Shown: positions 28,312 to 38,237 of the stretch, one piece after another
Position numbering within the stretch: position 1 is the stretch's first letter
Layout: each line of letters opens with the position of its first letter
Source: an uncultured virus (IMG/VR IMGVR_UViG_3300042695_001232)
Lineage: Duplodnaviria; Heunggongvirae; Uroviricota; Caudoviricetes
Virus record (IMG/VR): IMGVR_UViG_3300042695_001232
DNA: 64,000 bases
Strand: one strand, 5' to 3'
Made by a program: the position numbers and the translations under genes
The notes under the pieces: model-generated
What the model was told of the DNA's origin: nothing
Seen by the model: only the letters and a program-made list of their open reading frames with translations
Databases searched by the model: none

Positions 28312-30612
28312 TTACATAGCACAAGCCCCACTGGAACACCCAGTTGACTCTTCTTCAATTTTAGGTTCAATAACTTTAACGTTTTGTTTATTATCTTCCA
28401 TTGCAGTCTGTTTGTCACCGTCATCTGTATTAGCATAATACAGATTTTTGATACCATACTTGTATGCCAACAAAATATCCTTAATTACCTCTTGAACAGG
28501 AACTTTGTTTTGAGAATAACGTGACGGAACATAGTACGTATTGGTGCTGATGCTCATATCAGTAAACTTCTGAATAGCAGCTGCTACCTTAAGGTACCCA
28601 CTATTATCCGGCATGTCAAACGCAAACGTATAATTTTCACTATACTTATCGATGCCAGGTACCACTACCGGCAAAATGTTAGCCTTACTGCCCTTGTAAC
28701 TAATCAAACTACGTGGAGGTTCGATTCCATTGGTACTACTCTGAATAACACTGCTGGATTCAACAGGCATACAAGCAGTCAATGTACTATGACGCATTCC
28801 ATGTTGTTTAATCTTAACACGCAATCCTTCCCAATCCATGTGTAATGGTTCAGTAATGAATTCATTAATGTCCTTCTTGTATGTATCGATTGGCAAAATA
28901 CCTTTACTGAACTTAGTACGATCAAACTTTTCACATACACCACGTTCCTTAGCCATTTCAACACTCGCTTCAATCAAGTAGTAACTCATCTTCTCCATCC
29001 ACTTGGCAACAAAGTTTGGAGCATCCTTATCCCAATACTTCAAACCCTCTCTAGCAAGTAGAGCAGCCAAGTTACTCACTCCAACACCAAGACTACGACG
29101 CTTTTTAGCGAAGTTTTCAGCAGCAGGAACGAAATAGTTCTGGTGTTCAATCAAAGAATCCAACATACGAACGATAACGTCACAAACGTTCTTCATTTCA
29201 TCGTCATCCTTGATCTCCAACCAATTTACAGCGGCCAAAATACACACGCCAATCTCACCATTAGGATCATTCACATCCTCAATAGGAATCAAAGGATGAT
29301 TCACCTCAAGACAAAGATTGCTCGTATCAACTTGATCTAACCAACTACCGTGTTCATTTGCATGATCCACGAACATTGTGTAAATACGCCCGGTTTCAAG
29401 ACGTTCCTTAGCAAGAAGACCCATCAATTCACGAGCTTTGACCGTCTTCTTGAACTTGATGTTCTTGTTAGCTTCAGCCTTTTCATACTTCTCCTTAAAT
29501 TCGGGATATCCAAATGTGTTCCAGAGACTTGCACACTCATGATAACTGAACAATGTCACGTCCTTGTTTTCCAAGAAGCGTTCAAAGATCAACTTATCAA
29601 GACCAATACAGTAATCCAACTTACGAACACGGTTATCATCCGTTCCAGCGTTGTTCTTCAATACCAAAATATCCATGATGTCGTAGTGAAACCATGCAAA
29701 ATTGACTGTTGCACTACCGCCACGAATACCATTCTGGTGACAACACTTCACAGTAGACTCAAAAGCCTTGGCAAAAGGAATTGGGCCGGTATGAATCACT
29801 TCACCATTACGGATTGGGGCGTTTGTAGCACGCAAACGACTCAAATTGAGTCCGATTCCATAACGACTAGCGGTTGCAAATCCAACAGCAGTGTTGTTGC
29901 TGAAGATACTTTTGAGTGTATCATCAACGGTAAACAAACTGCATGAAGCATAACTCTTCATAACTGATCGAACACCTGCCATAATTGGAGTTGGAAGGTT
30001 GATCTTATGTTTGCTGAAGTAGTTATAGGCCTTCTTGACGTACTCAATACGGTTATCACTATAGTCCTTGAAGAAAGTCATTGCAATTAGCATATAAGCG
30101 AATTGCGGAGTCTCGTAGATCTCCTTAGTACTACGGTTTTGAATCAGATACTTGTCACACAACTGTTTGATTCCAGCATAAGAAAAATCAAAGTCACGAT
30201 CATGCTTCAAATATTCATCCAATTTGTCAAAATCCTTTTTGGAATACCAATCCAAGATAGCGTCATCGTACACCAACTTATCAATATTGGTCTTTAAAAG
30301 ATCATACAACTTAGGAGGATTCTTTCCTCCCCACACCTTTTTACGAAGTTGGTAGTTCATCAACCTTGATGCCACAAATTGATAATTTGGCTTTTCGATT
30401 GAAATCAAATTTGAGGCAGCTTCAATCAACATTGCATGAATTGCACCAGATGACATTCCATCAAAGAACGACAAATGTGCGTTCATTGCGACTTCTTCAA
30501 ACGAGACATTCTTAATACCTTCAGTTGCCCATTGTAAAACCTTGTTGATTTTATCAGCATTGAATTTTTCCAATAATCCGCTTCTTTTTTTAATAAAGAT
30601 TTCTTTTTTCAT
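28312..30612 (-). CDS. nrdA: ribonucleotide reductase class Ia alpha subunit
   Basis: ATP cone, PTPIMAG, ASCSL, SNLCLE, MPVESSS, NGIEP, LYY, C-terminal CSSGAC. Confidence 0.97.
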   Translation of the reverse strand: MKKEIFIKKRSGLLEKFNADKINKVLQWATEGIKNVSFEEVAMNAHLSFFDGMSSGAIHAMLIEAASNLISIEKPNYQFVASRLMNYQLRKKVWGGKNPPKLYDLLKTNIDKLVYDDAILDWYSKKDFDKLDEYLKHDRDFDFSYAGIKQLCDKYLIQNRSTKEIYETPQFAYMLIAMTFFKDYSDNRIEYVKKAYNYFSKHKINLPTPIMAGVRSVMKSYASCSLFTVDDTLKSIFSNNTAVGFATASRYGIGLNLSRLRATNAPIRNGEVIHTGPIPFAKAFESTVKCCHQNGIRGGSATVNFAWFHYDIMDILVLKNNAGTDDNRVRKLDYCIGLDKLIFERFLENKDVTLFSYHECASLWNTFGYPEFKEKYEKAEANKNIKFKKTVKARELMGLLAKERLETGRIYTMFVDHANEHGSWLDQVDTSNLCLEVNHPLIPIEDVNDPNGEIGVCILAAVNWLEIKDDDEMKNVCDVIVRMLDSLIEHQNYFVPAAENFAKKRRSLGVGVSNLAALLAREGLKYWDKDAPNFVAKWMEKMSYYLIEASVEMAKERGVCEKFDRTKFSKGILPIDTYKKDINEFITEPLHMDWEGLRVKIKQHGMRHSTLTACMPVESSSVIQSSTNGIEPPRSLISYKGSKANILPVVVPGIDKYSENYTFAFDMPDNSGYLKVAAAIQKFTDMSISTNTYYVPSRYSQNKVPVQEVIKDILLAYKYGIKNLYYANTDDGDKQTAMEDNKQNVKVIEPKIEEESTGCSSGACAM

Positions 30613-30709
30613 ATAGACAAAAAATAACTATGATACTTTCACTCTAAATTTTATATGTTGATGTTGATTTTTTATAATTTTTTTAATGTTTTCCGACTGT
30701 TACATACTA

Positions 30710-32095
30710 TCATTCATCATCATCATCTCCCATGTGAGTATTCCACTTGTTTGACAATGCCTTCTTAACCAAATTCTCACTGTCTCCCATTTCGTTAATA
30801 ATAGCCATACCATCCTTCGAATTTTCAGCAAAAATTTGAATATCACCACATCCAGCGTTCATTCTGGCAGGAAATGTCAGTCCATCAGGACCAAAACGAT
30901 TCTTAATAATATGAAACCGTGCAGTATTAGCAACTTTATCGGTAACTTTACGACTAAGTGACATAACAAAGTCAGCTGTCATGATCTTACGATATGAATC
31001 CGAAATATTGTTTGCCTGAATAATATCTTCATCCATAGCAGCACGATTACTCTGTGAAGCACTCCAAATAGGTACTTGCAATTCACCCGCAACACTACGA
31101 AGTTCCTCATATATACCACCTGCTTCACTGTAACTATTGCTATTACGGTCACTCTGATAAGGTCGTAGAATATCAGCATAATCGACGACAATCATATCAA
31201 TCTTACTTCCCAACATAGCAATACGTTCGACATGCATCTTCAAATGATGTGCACTGACAGTCTTAATTGGAAAATACTTGATGAACAACTTGCCAGGCAC
31301 TTGTTCGATCTTCTTACGGACAATATCTACATTGTTACGAATATTTTGGAAATCAATTCCGGTAAAACAACTATCATAACGAAGACCCACATAGTTTTCA
31401 TTCAACTCAAGAGTAAAATGAACTACGTTCTTACCTTGTTTCATCGCCTCAGCCCCCATCTTGGCAAGAACCCAACTTTTTCCAGCACCAGCACAAGCCG
31501 TAATAATTCCAAGTTCACCAGCCGCCAGTCCACCGTCCATAATGGTATCAACCTCGTTCCAGTTGGTCTTTACCGTGTTACGGGCCATAACACTCATACG
31601 TTTTTCAACTTCAGTCATATAGTCATGACCAATATTACGTTCCATTCCAGCCTTCATTGCATTGTCAACCAATGCTTTGACTTGTTCATAATTACCCTGT
31701 TTCAGATAATTAACACTGTCCATAATTGCACTCTTGAGTTTTTGACTCTTACAAAATTCAAGATACTGTTCTTTAACAAACTTCAAATCACTATCTGTGA
31801 TTTTTTGATACACATTACGAAGTTGTGAAACAACACTTTCCTTCAATACGTTGTTTTCAATTCCATCCACCTTTATCTTAAATACATTAAGTGTAGGTAG
31901 ATCTTTATAATGCATAAAGTACGATACAGTTTGTTTTACAATCCATTGATGTGCATCTGATTCAAATGAAGTTGGATCAATGATATCAGAAAGTCTCTCC
32001 AAGAAAGTCTTATCGCTAAGAATTCCAGATATGCATTTGATTTGGAATTCAGATCCAAACTTCTTCAAATTGTCTATAATGTGATTTTCACTCAT
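30710..32095 (-). CDS. replicative DnaB-like helicase (T4 gp41-like)
   Basis: ACAGAGKS Walker A, FTLEL, VVDYAD, WSASQSNR, KNRFG. Confidence 0.93.
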   Translation of the reverse strand: MSENHIIDNLKKFGSEFQIKCISGILSDKTFLERLSDIIDPTSFESDAHQWIVKQTVSYFMHYKDLPTLNVFKIKVDGIENNVLKESVVSQLRNVYQKITDSDLKFVKEQYLEFCKSQKLKSAIMDSVNYLKQGNYEQVKALVDNAMKAGMERNIGHDYMTEVEKRMSVMARNTVKTNWNEVDTIMDGGLAAGELGIITACAGAGKSWVLAKMGAEAMKQGKNVVHFTLELNENYVGLRYDSCFTGIDFQNIRNNVDIVRKKIEQVPGKLFIKYFPIKTVSAHHLKMHVERIAMLGSKIDMIVVDYADILRPYQSDRNSNSYSEAGGIYEELRSVAGELQVPIWSASQSNRAAMDEDIIQANNISDSYRKIMTADFVMSLSRKVTDKVANTARFHIIKNRFGPDGLTFPARMNAGCGDIQIFAENSKDGMAIINEMGDSENLVKKALSNKWNTHMGDDDDE

Positions 32096-32167
32096 AATTA
32101 ATAATATTTTACTACATAACCAGTGTAGGTTATATTTTCCTATTTGTATACTTATTTTATTGATTTA

Positions 32168-33232
32168 TTATCTCACCAACGTGGTCAACTTACCAAAACA
32201 TTCATTGAGCCATATTTGGTAATTGGGAATGTTACTCCACATTTTATCTTCAGTGACCAATTTAGAAAAACTAACTCGGTCCAGCTTCTGTGTTGGCTTA
32301 TCTAGTATTTCATTAATACGGAGTTGTGAGAAACTTTGAACCTCCGTGTCTTTCAACTGCATCAACGTATAGTTACGTTCTACAACATCTTTGTTTTCAA
32401 GTATGGTACGATACAATTTATACTTACTTTGATTATTTTCACAGTAATTATAAATCTCGTCTAGTTCTACATGTCGATTCTCGGCAAAAAAAGGAAAACA
32501 CTTGATGACCGTTTTTAAGCCAGCTCCTTGTATGCCGTCGATATTATCAGATACGTCTCCTTCTAAAACTCTATACCAAATATAATTTTGACAACTAACG
32601 CCGTATTCATTTAGAATCTCAGCACATCCATATAGTTTCTTTTTAGTAGGACTCCAAATCTTGACTTTTTCACTGGCTAATTGTAGAAAATCTTTGTCAG
32701 CGCTCATTATAGTAACATTACTATCCTTGCAGTATTGTTGCGCAATATAAGCAATAGTATCGTCTGCTTCAATGTGGTCAATTGCCATAGTTGAAACTGG
32801 CAAACAATCCAAATAATGAACTGACCTCAACAATTGAGATTTCATATTCTTTTCTTCTACGTCAGATGTAGACAACTCTGAATATGCTCTGTTAAGACGA
32901 ATTTTTGTGTGTCGTTTATCTTTGTATTGTGGATAAATCTTACGACGCTTCATGCTTCCACCATTACCATCAAATATAACAACACATCGGGTAGGGTTAA
33001 GCAATTTAATTGCATATCCCATACTTTTAAGAAATCCGGCAATGCCACCCGTATGAAGACCATCTTCATTCATGGATGGCATTACCGAATAAGCACGAAT
33101 AAATGTATTGAGCGCATCGATCAAGAGAATATCGGAATTTTGATTTCGATTAGATACTTTATTCTTATCTTCTTGTGAAATATTTTCAAAGATAGAGAAC
33201 AATCTCTTTTTTTCGTCTTGATTAAAACTCAT
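32168..33232 (-). CDS. 5'-3' exonuclease / RNase H (T4 rnh, PolI 5'-nuclease family)
   Basis: LIDALN, FDG, YKDKR, EADDTIA, SADKDFLQL, GDVSDNIDGIQGAGLKT. Confidence 0.93.
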   Translation of the reverse strand: MSFNQDEKKRLFSIFENISQEDKNKVSNRNQNSDILLIDALNTFIRAYSVMPSMNEDGLHTGGIAGFLKSMGYAIKLLNPTRCVVIFDGNGGSMKRRKIYPQYKDKRHTKIRLNRAYSELSTSDVEEKNMKSQLLRSVHYLDCLPVSTMAIDHIEADDTIAYIAQQYCKDSNVTIMSADKDFLQLASEKVKIWSPTKKKLYGCAEILNEYGVSCQNYIWYRVLEGDVSDNIDGIQGAGLKTVIKCFPFFAENRHVELDEIYNYCENNQSKYKLYRTILENKDVVERNYTLMQLKDTEVQSFSQLRINEILDKPTQKLDRVSFSKLVTEDKMWSNIPNYQIWLNECFGKLTTLVR

Positions 33233-33238
33233 ATATTA

Positions 33239-34435
33239 TTATTCTTCAGCTTCTCCACCAACTTCTTCTGCATCTTCAGAAGAATCTACTTCCACATCCT
33301 CACGAATTTCACTGTCAGGTGACTTATACTTCATGATCGTAACATCAGCAATCTTTTGATACAGCTCCTCACGAAGTTCGTTATCAACCTTTACGTCCTT
33401 AGCAAACGTCTTGGTATCGATCTTAACAATTTCACCATTGTTCTTAGTATAAGAATATGGTGATTTCGCTCCTGTAATAATTGAGTGTTTCTTCAACACC
33501 TCAATCCAGTTACCATAATTATCAATGCCACTATCAAAGTAGATATTAAAGTCAGCAAATCTCATAGGCGGACCCATACGATTCTTTACAACGACTGCTC
33601 GTGTCTTGACACCAATATGGGCTGGTTCACCATTCTGAGTAACCTTCAGTGCTCCCATACCCTTCAAACGAAGACGAACACTAGCATGATACTGAATAGC
33701 CTTACCACCACTAGTAGTATACTTGTCTCCAAACATTGCTGCCTGAAGATTTACACGTAGCTGATTAGTGAAAATCAACGCAATACGTTGTCTACCAATC
33801 ATATCGTTAATCTTACGCATCGCCTTAGAAATGATAATTGCCTTACCAGTAGCAAAACCATCCTTACCATGATCTGCTTCCAATTCTCCCTTGGTTGATG
33901 CAGCAGCAACACTATCAACAACGATTGTAACAAGACGATCTCGATTTGACTTACGAACATGAGCAATCAGTGTTTCAATCTTTTCAAAGATGTCTTCTAC
34001 CGTGTGAGCATCAACATACAACATCTTTGGTACGTTAACTCCAATTGCAGCCAAAAAGTCTTGTGAAACTGATTGTTCTGTGTCAATAAACACTGCAAGT
34101 CCGCCCTTCTTTTGAGTTTCCGCAAGCAAATGAGCTGCCAACAAACTCTTACCCGATGCTTCAAGTCCAGTAACTTCGGTTATACGTCCAACTGGAATAC
34201 CTGCATGTGGACGATTTGAAATTGCGAGATCCAATATGTCGCAACCTGTACTGATCCAATCCGTAATCGTGGATGGATCTTCCTTTTGATCCAAGAAAAA
34301 CGCACACTTGCCTGCGTCTTTATTGGCCTTGTTTAGAACATCAGCGAGAGACTCAACTAGTTCATCTCGTTGTGATTCAACTTCATGAGTTACATGAGTT
34401 GATTTCTTTTTCTTTTTTTGTGTATCTTCTGTCAT
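33239..34435 (-). CDS. recA: RecA/UvsX recombinase
   Basis: ISTG, GRITEVTGLEASGKS, FIDTE, VVDSVAA, FTNQLR, GGKAIQYHASVR, KNRMGPP. Confidence 0.93.
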   Translation of the reverse strand: MTEDTQKKKKKSTHVTHEVESQRDELVESLADVLNKANKDAGKCAFFLDQKEDPSTITDWISTGCDILDLAISNRPHAGIPVGRITEVTGLEASGKSLLAAHLLAETQKKGGLAVFIDTEQSVSQDFLAAIGVNVPKMLYVDAHTVEDIFEKIETLIAHVRKSNRDRLVTIVVDSVAAASTKGELEADHGKDGFATGKAIIISKAMRKINDMIGRQRIALIFTNQLRVNLQAAMFGDKYTTSGGKAIQYHASVRLRLKGMGALKVTQNGEPAHIGVKTRAVVVKNRMGPPMRFADFNIYFDSGIDNYGNWIEVLKKHSIITGAKSPYSYTKNNGEIVKIDTKTFAKDVKVDNELREELYQKIADVTIMKYKSPDSEIREDVEVDSSEDAEEVGGEAEE

Positions 34436-34451
34436 AACTTTTTTGAAAACT

Positions 34452-34488
34452 AAAAAGGAGAGGTGACAGTTTGCCCATCACCTCTCCT
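34452..34488 (-). terminator. rho-independent terminator after SSB
   Basis: AGGAGAGGTGA-loop-TCACCTCTCCT stem with a T run on the minus strand. Confidence 0.75.
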
Positions 34489-34499
34489 ATTGTGATTTA

Positions 34500-35369
34500 T
34501 TAATTACTGAACAAATTATCAAACGCCTTTGTTAGGTCTTCGGTGTTTGACTTTGCTGAACTAGCACTTGGAGACTTACCAGTACTTGCGGGCTTACTAG
34601 GAGTTGGAGACTTAGTACTCACATCGTCCGACTGAGCAATAGCTGCTACAGCGACTGGTTGAGTATCCTCTTCGTCAACAACTGAGTTAGTGACGGTCTC
34701 AGACTGAGCTTCCTCTGGATTTAGCCATGCATTCATAACCTCCTTAAGTTCATCATACTTAGGTTCTGGGAACAAATCAAGAATGTCTGGCTGACTCTTG
34801 ATTGCCTCAATCATCTTAGTATCCTTAGGATCAACAGCTGGTGTAGAGTTAGGCTTTACACGAATTGAAGTTTCCGGATAACTCTTACCACTGTCATCAG
34901 CGGTACGAAACTCAACAACGATATCACGTCCTGACGATAGATCACTAATATCACCGTAATCTGGGTCAGCCATAACCGATAGAATCTCTTGATAGACCTG
35001 CTTTCCGAATCCCCAGAACTTGACACCTTCATGTTCTTCACCACGAACGATCACTGGCGCGAAAGTACGCATCTTGGGTTCCATCTTACGTCCGGTCTGC
35101 CAATCTTCCTTGGAGCCAGTCTTCTTGAGTCTATTGCTAAACTCGACGATAGGATCAGGACGATTAAAGCTATCAGGCGATAGATAAGTCTTGTTATTGA
35201 TGCCGTAATGGAACTTGAGTTCAATAAACGGGGTATCTGGTTGATATCGATAAGGTACGATACGAATAGTTTGCTTACCGGGCTTTGGCTTCCAAATAAT
35301 TTGAGTCTTATTATTTGTGTTTGAAAGGGAGTTCAAACGGCTCTTGATTTTAGACAAGTCGATTGCCAT
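34500..35369 (-). CDS. single-stranded DNA-binding protein (T4 gp32-like)
   Basis: WKPKPG..IRIVP, PFIELKFHY, DPIVE, VKFWGFGK, GRDI, acidic tail ending AFDNLF. Confidence 0.85.
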   Translation of the reverse strand: MAIDLSKIKSRLNSLSNTNNKTQIIWKPKPGKQTIRIVPYRYQPDTPFIELKFHYGINNKTYLSPDSFNRPDPIVEFSNRLKKTGSKEDWQTGRKMEPKMRTFAPVIVRGEEHEGVKFWGFGKQVYQEILSVMADPDYGDISDLSSGRDIVVEFRTADDSGKSYPETSIRVKPNSTPAVDPKDTKMIEAIKSQPDILDLFPEPKYDELKEVMNAWLNPEEAQSETVTNSVVDEEDTQPVAVAAIAQSDDVSTKSPTPSKPASTGKSPSASSAKSNTEDLTKAFDNLFSN

Positions 35370-35455
35370 AATTATTTATTTATTAATTGTTAAGTAGTAA
35401 TTAGTATATAGTTCGATTTCACTCGAAATCAAACAGTGTAACTAATTCTGGTATA

Positions 35456-35484
35456 ACTATAGTGAACGTACTCGAAAAAGTCAA
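35456..35484 (-). promoter_or_regulatory. sigma70-like promoter TTGACT-N17-TATAGT for SSB
   Basis: The -35 hexamer contains the TGA stop of the upstream gene. Confidence 0.65.
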
Positions 35485-35873
35485 CTTATTACGTCAAAAA
35501 TCTTCAAAGAAATTATTTTAACCGATACCTCATTTGTTATAATTAATGAGTTTTTATAATACTCCCAATTTAACTGATATGACTTATCAAAAACGCCATT
35601 GTTTTCTTCAGTAATCAACTTATTCATGGCATTTAACGTATACAAAGTATTGGTTTGTTTTTTACGATGTATAGAAATAGTATTAGGCAGTTTTTTTAAA
35701 CCGGACTCTGTGTAAACAATATTATAAGTCAAATATAACTCATTATTGTTTTTTTCATTATTAAAAACAAAAATCTTATTGTTTGATAATTTATAAAAAG
35801 ATTTGATCTGTTCCAATATCAACTTATATTCAGTTGGTATAGAAAACGTACAAAGTAATTGTGTATCTTTCAT
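35481..35873 (-). CDS. conserved phage hypothetical protein
   Basis: 130 aa; LLCTF, IHRKKQTNTLYTLNAMN. Confidence 0.7.
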   Translation of the reverse strand: MKDTQLLCTFSIPTEYKLILEQIKSFYKLSNNKIFVFNNEKNNNELYLTYNIVYTESGLKKLPNTISIHRKKQTNTLYTLNAMNKLITEENNGVFDKSYQLNWEYYKNSLIITNEVSVKIISLKIFDVIS

Positions 35874-36571
35874 CTTGTGGACAATATTGTGGTTTTTTGG
35901 CTATTTACATTATACCATTCGTAACCAACTAATAGTCCGTCAGAATTATACCAACGACCTTTGTTTTTGATCCAGTTGTTATTTACAGCCTCTTCCAACG
36001 TAAATTCTGTCGTTAGGATTTTTTCGACTTCTTCGGCGTCTTTTTCTTTTTGATCGGCACTTCTGGTTTCGAGATCGGTTGTGTCAACTCCGGATTGACC
36101 TTGACTGGTGGATTGACTGGTTGACTGATCGGTTGTACTGATGTTTTGTTGAACAGTTTGTTGATTAGGTTCTTGAACACCTGGCTCAATTTCAATAGGT
36201 TTTTCATTAGATGATGTCGGTTCTTGTTGTATTGTTTGTGATGGTGTCGAAAAATCCAAATTGTGTTGACCCTTTGTAGGATCTTCTTCAAAATGTGTTC
36301 CACGACGTATCGCACGTTGTTTATATTCAGCGTTAGGAAACGTAACCAAAATGCCCTTGGCATTATATGCCTGACGTTCTGGATACTTACCTTCGATAAC
36401 TTTATTGGCTAATTCAACAATTTCATTTGATGGAATTTCCATTTCTGCAAGTTTTTCTCGCAAAATATCCATGTGGTTATTGTTGAAAATATCAAATGTG
36501 CCATCATGAACTCGTTTGTCTAAACAAAGTTCGGATAACAACTCAGAAATGTTCTTATAAATCTTTTTCAT
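35870..36571 (-). CDS. hypothetical protein
   Basis: 233-aa ORF with a low-complexity Q/S/T linker. Confidence 0.7.
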   Translation of the reverse strand: MKKIYKNISELLSELCLDKRVHDGTFDIFNNNHMDILREKLAEMEIPSNEIVELANKVIEGKYPERQAYNAKGILVTFPNAEYKQRAIRRGTHFEEDPTKGQHNLDFSTPSQTIQQEPTSSNEKPIEIEPGVQEPNQQTVQQNISTTDQSTSQSTSQGQSGVDTTDLETRSADQKEKDAEEVEKILTTEFTLEEAVNNNWIKNKGRWYNSDGLLVGYEWYNVNSQKTTILSTR

Positions 36572-36573
36572 TT

Positions 36574-38187
36574 TTAACTTGCAAGATTAATTGCCTTTGG
36601 AGCAATCTTAGCTGCTGGAATGACTACGATTCTGGCTCTCATGAACATATATCCATCACCATTGTAATTCGTAGTAAACTGTTCGTTTGTTCCACTTCTA
36701 AAATACATCACCGGTTTGTACTTTTGAAATGGATCTTGAGCGTTCTTTGGCAAAGGAAGATTTGGATTGAACAACACGTGTCCGTTTTCATCTGTTCTAA
36801 TCAACAATTGTATATTTTTCTTTGACTTGCTAGGAATTCTCGACATAATCAAAGGAGTTCTTGATTGCATCAAAATACTACAATTTTGACGACTAAATGG
36901 CTTGCTCTTATCCAAAGTGAAATCGGTACCATAAATTGCTTTTCCTGCAATTTCTTTGGTCTTTGGTGATCCATCCAAGAAATCCAAATAAGCATCAAAG
37001 TTGTTCATCATGTACAGATACTTACGTTTAGTGTTAGGATCTGTAACAAATCGATAAAATCCCTTCTTAAATGCACCAATCAATAGATTGTACATTTCAC
37101 CTTGACCCTTTAGTGATTCAATGGCGGGAACACCGTTAAAATTAACAAGATTGCCCTTTTCATCAAATGTAGTAGTCTTTGGATTGACTTCAATACGATT
37201 TGGATAGTTCTTAACAATACCAGATACCATCTTTGATTTGACACTCAACCATACTTTGTCAGTCTTATAAATGTCATCCAATCCAACGAATCCACCATAT
37301 TGTGGAAAATCAACATTTGCCAATTCACTGGTACTCATTCCCTCCTTGAAATCACCACCCTTGAAGGAAATCCAAAATACTTCACGCCCACGTTCCAACA
37401 TGGCAATGTCTGCCTTTTCTCCAGTACCCAATTGTAGGTGTATAGCAGAATCAACTTTTACACCAGTGTTAACGTGTTCTCCCTTGTCCCAAACATGAAG
37501 ATCAAATACAACTTTCTCTGGATTGTTTTCTTTGAGCCACTCGTTAAGTTGATCAGCCTTGATCTTTTCTTGTTCAATGCCACTTGCCTTAACTGTCTTT
37601 GATTTCAACAAATCACCAAGTGAACGGTACAATTGCAAATACAACAAAACAGATCTCCAACCGGGAGTGCCAATTTTCAATCCCTGTGGCACGTTGATCA
37701 TTGAGACCAACTTGGGTCCAAACTTAAGTCTTAACTTTGTGTTTGAATTTGTGAAATTTAATTCAAGGTTTTCAGGGATTCCATACTCTTTGCGTTTTTC
37801 TGGATTTGAAACCAAGTCAACCATTTCGTCGTAGGTCAAACCATTGGGTACATGAACATCGCCCGGAAAACGTTCTGCTGGCTTGTTATAAGCCAAACTT
37901 AGATCAACTTGCTTCAAATCATTGTCATTGAAATCACCAGCACGTCTCAATGGTCCAACCATGACGTTGAACGATTTAATTTCATCATCGGTCAAATATT
38001 TCGAAGAACCGATCTTTGTGTCAGCCTCAACAATCTTCTGAACAGTTGTTGGTGAAAAATACTCACTATATCCACAGTTTTCAATAGCGGTTAATAACTT
38101 GTCAGCATCAACTTTGGAGATTCCACCATCTTCAACTAATAACGCATACTCAGTTAGAATATCTTTTATAATTTTATTTTTATTCAT
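36574..38187 (-). CDS. putative PD-(D/E)xK-like nuclease
   Basis: E..KADIA...FWISFK...FPQYGG resembles a restriction-endonuclease-fold active site with S at the D/E position. ATG at 38187 preferred. Confidence 0.5.
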   Translation of the reverse strand: MNKNKIIKDILTEYALLVEDGGISKVDADKLLTAIENCGYSEYFSPTTVQKIVEADTKIGSSKYLTDDEIKSFNVMVGPLRRAGDFNDNDLKQVDLSLAYNKPAERFPGDVHVPNGLTYDEMVDLVSNPEKRKEYGIPENLELNFTNSNTKLRLKFGPKLVSMINVPQGLKIGTPGWRSVLLYLQLYRSLGDLLKSKTVKASGIEQEKIKADQLNEWLKENNPEKVVFDLHVWDKGEHVNTGVKVDSAIHLQLGTGEKADIAMLERGREVFWISFKGGDFKEGMSTSELANVDFPQYGGFVGLDDIYKTDKVWLSVKSKMVSGIVKNYPNRIEVNPKTTTFDEKGNLVNFNGVPAIESLKGQGEMYNLLIGAFKKGFYRFVTDPNTKRKYLYMMNNFDAYLDFLDGSPKTKEIAGKAIYGTDFTLDKSKPFSRQNCSILMQSRTPLIMSRIPSKSKKNIQLLIRTDENGHVLFNPNLPLPKNAQDPFQKYKPVMYFRSGTNEQFTTNYNGDGYMFMRARIVVIPAAKIAPKAINLAS

Positions 38188-38237
38188 GACGACACAATAT
38201 CTAATAAATATTGTGTATCTTACCAAAACTGAACTTT

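Noticed and set aside
27250..34435. Introns or inteins in nrdA, nrdB, helicase or recA
   Set aside because: All are uninterrupted, of normal length, and lack intein splice motifs.
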